From: Terriglobia bacterium
Lineage (GTDB): Bacteria > Acidobacteriota > Terriglobia > 2-12-FULL-54-10
Length of the DNA: 64,000 nt
Reading direction: 5' to 3'
NCBI GenBank assembly: GCA_963666975.2
Contig: CAXVYR010000003.1
Location: 352,001 to 416,000 of the forward strand
Notes under the pieces: generated by a model
Seen by the model: only the letters and a program-made list of their open reading frames with translations
Told to the model about the DNA's origin: nothing
The model's database searches: none
Shown here: positions 60,983-64,000 of the stretch, in pieces
Position numbering within the stretch: position 1 is the stretch's first letter
Layout of the letters: the number at the start of each line of letters is the position of its first letter
Translations under genes and position numbers: made by a program

Positions 60983-61666
60983 ATGAAGCATTCAGGAAAA
61001 TTTATCACCTTGGAAGGGCTGGACGGTTGCGGCAAGAGCACGCAACTGGAACGGGAAGCCTCGCGCCTCCGGCAGGAGGGTTGTGCTGTTGTGACAACTC
61101 AAGAGCCGGGCGGAACGGCCACGGGCCGGAAAATCCGCGAAATTGTCCTCCATGCCAGCGCACACCCGCTTTCGGCCTCAACCGAGCTGGCCTTGATGTT
61201 CGCCGCGCGCTCCCAGCATATCGAAGAGATCATCTTGCCGGCGCTCCATGCAGAGAATATCGTCCTTTGCGACCGTTTCACGGACTCCTCGGTTGCCTAT
61301 CAGGGTTATGGACGGGGGATACCGCCGGATGCGATCCAAACCCTGGAGGATTTGTTCTGCCACGGCCTCCGTCCGGATTTAACGATCATTCTGGATATTG
61401 ACCCGGAAACAGGAATGACCCGCGCGCGGGCGCGCAATCGAGCGGCGCAGGAGAAAGAAACCCGCTTCGAGGAGGAAGGGTTGGAATTTTTCCGGCGTGT
61501 GCGGAAGGGTTATGAAGAAATCGCCAGGCAGGAGCCGAAAAGGATACAGATCATCGACGGGAAGGGCAGCGTAGACGATGTTCACCATGAAGTTCACAAT
61601 CATGTCCGCAAGGTCGTCGATGAGTTGCTGAAGGCTGGCGGCAGCGGAGGCGCAGGTGGGATTTGA
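60983..61666 (+). CDS. tmk: Thymidylate kinase
   Basis: FITLEGLDGCGKST, EPGGT, CDRFTDSSVAYQGYGRG. Confidence 0.96.
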   Translation: MKHSGKFITLEGLDGCGKSTQLEREASRLRQEGCAVVTTQEPGGTATGRKIREIVLHASAHPLSASTELALMFAARSQHIEEIILPALHAENIVLCDRFTDSSVAYQGYGRGIPPDAIQTLEDLFCHGLRPDLTIILDIDPETGMTRARARNRAAQEKETRFEEEGLEFFRRVRKGYEEIARQEPKRIQIIDGKGSVDDVHHEVHNHVRKVVDELLKAGGSGGAGGI

Positions 61667-62747
61667 GGATTTCTGCGGTAATCTGGCCGCGTTGGAGCTG
61701 ATCCAGGGCATGATGACCAGGGGCAGGATGCCCCATGCGTTGATTTTTTCCGGCCCGACCGGAGTAGGCAAATACACTTTGGCGCAGATGCTGGCCAAGG
61801 CTCTGCATTGCACGGAACGGCAGAATGATTTTTGCGGCGAGTGTCAAAGTTGCCAGTCGATTGGTCTGACCGATGACCGGCGAGCGGCGGTGGAGCAGGC
61901 CGAGGAGGACAGGGAAAAGCTCACCAAGCGCCCCCGCGAAGTTCCTCTTTTGCTCCAAAACCATCCTGACGTTCTGTTGTTGCCGCCCAACGGGCCGCTG
62001 CGCCTGTTCCAAATTGAGCAGGCCCGGCACCTGAAGCAGGCGCTCACTTTTTTGCCTGCCGGCGGCGGAAAAAAGATTTTCTTATTGCCGGAAGCGGAAC
62101 GAATGGACCGGGCGGCAGCCAACTCGCTGCTGAAGTCGCTCGAAGAGCCTCCGCCCTACGCGCTGCTGCTGCTGACCACCCCGAACGAGATGGCGCTTTT
62201 GCCCACCATCCGCTCCCGTTGCGTCACCATCCCGCTGTGTTCGCTGCCACGAGAGCAGGTTGCGGCCTTTCTGGAAAGGGCCGGCGTGGGGCGCGACGAA
62301 CAGGAGCGCAACTTGCGGGCCGCTGTTTCCCGGGGCTGTCCCGGCCTGGCCCGGCGAATCGACATGGAGCATTATTGCCGTCTCCGGGACGGACTGCTTG
62401 CGATCCTGCGGTCGGGCATAGAGCGGAAAAACTTTGCCGAATTATTCCTCCAGACTCAAAAATTCGCCAGCGAAAAAGAAAACCTTGAAAATTTACTAGA
62501 CGTCCTATATAGTCTCCTTCAAGATATCCTCCATATAGAGGCAAGGGCCAGCAAGGAGCCACTCCGAAATGTGGATCGGGCATCGGTTTTGTCGCAGATG
62601 GCGCGTTCTGTGGGTATAGGAGAGGTCATGCGCGCCTCTCAGGCTCTCTGCAATCTGGAGGCAAACCTGCGGCGCAACGTTCCGACGCAGATCGCCCTGG
62701 ATGCCTTTGCCGTCAGCATGGTTCCGGCTCGCCGGATCTCTGTTTGA
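61656..62747 (+). CDS. holB: DNA polymerase III subunit delta'
   Basis: HALIFSGPTGVGK, CGECQSC, HPD, ANSLLKSLEEPP, LLPTIRSRC; follows tmk. Confidence 0.92.
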   Translation: MGFEDFCGNLAALELIQGMMTRGRMPHALIFSGPTGVGKYTLAQMLAKALHCTERQNDFCGECQSCQSIGLTDDRRAAVEQAEEDREKLTKRPREVPLLLQNHPDVLLLPPNGPLRLFQIEQARHLKQALTFLPAGGGKKIFLLPEAERMDRAAANSLLKSLEEPPPYALLLLTTPNEMALLPTIRSRCVTIPLCSLPREQVAAFLERAGVGRDEQERNLRAAVSRGCPGLARRIDMEHYCRLRDGLLAILRSGIERKNFAELFLQTQKFASEKENLENLLDVLYSLLQDILHIEARASKEPLRNVDRASVLSQMARSVGIGEVMRASQALCNLEANLRRNVPTQIALDAFAVSMVPARRISV

Positions 62748-63044
62748 GGATCGAGATAATTCGGCCCCATTGCCCCGGCCTGAGGATTATCGGTAAGCCT
62801 GCTTACTCCACGAGCGGTTTTGCATCGCCAGAACAACGGTGGAAACACGGCAGGCAGGAATGGAAATAAACCACTAAAGAATGCCCATTTCCGGGCGAAG
62901 AGTAATGCAAGTGGTGTAGAAACGGCCTGGAAGAACGGATCGACCCGAAAAAAATCCTTCCTAGTCCCTGCCGTGATATTGCGAGTGGGAGCGGCGGCGC
63001 TTCCTGGCCGCACTGGATGAAAAGAAGAAGGTGAGGAGAAGAAA

Positions 63045-63344
63045 GTGAACCGTAAATTGATTCGCCCGTCCTTGACGGATCTAAAAGATCAGATGGGCCC
63101 CCGGCAGCAGCGAAAAAAGCCGGCCCCGCCGGACCAGACGAACGCCGAAAATTTTTATTACGTGAAGCAGATGCAGGCGAAGACTCCCATGGTGATCGTC
63201 TTGCAAGATGGTGAGCAGATTCGCGGGGTGATCGAATGGTATGACCAGAATTGCATCAAGGTGAACCGCGTGGCGGAACCGAATCTGCTGATCTATAAAC
63301 CCTGCATCAAATATCTTTACAAAGGTAACGAGAAAGAAAACTAA
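63045..63344 (+). CDS. Hfq-like Sm-fold RNA chaperone paralog
   Basis: TPMVIVLQDGEQIRGVIEWYD..CI, LLIYKPCI (Sm1/Sm2 pattern). Confidence 0.8.
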   Translation: MNRKLIRPSLTDLKDQMGPRQQRKKPAPPDQTNAENFYYVKQMQAKTPMVIVLQDGEQIRGVIEWYDQNCIKVNRVAEPNLLIYKPCIKYLYKGNEKEN

Positions 63345-63477
63345 ACCCGCCGGCACTCATTCCGTTTAGTGCGGACGTTGCGAGTGCCCTGTTCTCAGGC
63401 CGCAAAAAGCTAAAGCCGTTGGCTGGATCTGCGGCTGCCGAATACGATCCGGAATATCCCCTGTCAGAAAAAATCGT

Positions 63478-63981
63478 TCAGTTCACTCTGGCTGATTTGC
63501 TGCGCAGTTGCTGTATTCGTCGGCGTCTCCTGTTTCCAGCCTCGCGATAACGCCTTTTTTCAGTTCTGGTTTCAGGAAATATTTGAGGCACCGGTTTCGG
63601 TTTTCCGTTTTCATCAATGGCCACGAATGTGAGGTAAGCCGAACTGGTGTGCCGCCTTCGGCTGGTGAACTGCTCCTCCCGAAACACCTTAACCCCCACC
63701 TCCAGGGAACAGTGAAAGACGCGGTTTATCGAGGATTTCAATACAATCACCTCGCCCACACGGATGGGACAGCGGAAGTCCATGTGATCGACCGCTGCGG
63801 TGACCACAAAACTGCTCGAATGCCGGTGTGCGGCAATGGCAGCCGCGATGTCCACCAGATGCATCACTTTTCCGCCCAGGATGGTGCCCAGGGGATTTGC
63901 GTCATTGGGCAGCACCACCTGGGTGAGCTCGGATTGAGACTGGCGAACAGTCTTGCGGAGCGGAAGCGTCTTTTTCGACAT
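63478..63981 (-). CDS. Acyl-CoA thioesterase (hotdog fold)
   Basis: LPNDANPLGTILGGKVMHLVD, VVTAAVD, SAYLTFVAID. Confidence 0.93.
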   Translation of the reverse strand: MSKKTLPLRKTVRQSQSELTQVVLPNDANPLGTILGGKVMHLVDIAAAIAAHRHSSSFVVTAAVDHMDFRCPIRVGEVIVLKSSINRVFHCSLEVGVKVFREEQFTSRRRHTSSAYLTFVAIDENGKPKPVPQIFPETRTEKRRYREAGNRRRRRIQQLRSKSARVN

Positions 63982-64000
63982 GCGAACCTCCGTGAACGGG

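Overview
The window looks like a 64 kb piece of an Acidobacteriota chromosome. This is inferred from two Solibacter-type C-terminal domain proteins, an Acidobacteria-style TonB-dependent receptor, an Hfq paralog and an Rne/Rng with a long insertion. The left ~44 kb is a decayed accessory region. It holds tRNA-linked integration scars (a tRNA-Gly 3' fragment, an intact tRNA-fMet, a truncated tRNA-Lys), IS5/IS256/IS3 elements, several miniature inverted-repeat elements, a REP-like repeat family, two isolated integron-type cassettes with attC sites, secreted repeat proteins (NHL, TPR, ankyrin), hydrolases, SodC, peroxiredoxin, a betaine ABC transporter and a molybdoenzyme pair. The right ~20 kb is core genome: mreB-mreC-[inserted amidohydrolase]-mreD-mrdA-rodA-rne, an M24 peptidase, yggU/yggS, tmk, holB, an Hfq-like gene and a thioesterase. 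The best novelty candidates are (i) a pair of paralogous unannotated small proteins sharing a conserved promoter and upstream operator, (ii) a ~450-650 nt highly structured leader before rne, and (iii) a REP-carrying MITE inserted exactly at an attC crossover site. Region ~36.1-38.9 kb and a few frameshifts look like long-read consensus errors. No CRISPR array, reverse transcriptase or rRNA was seen. All calls are by eye, without database searches.
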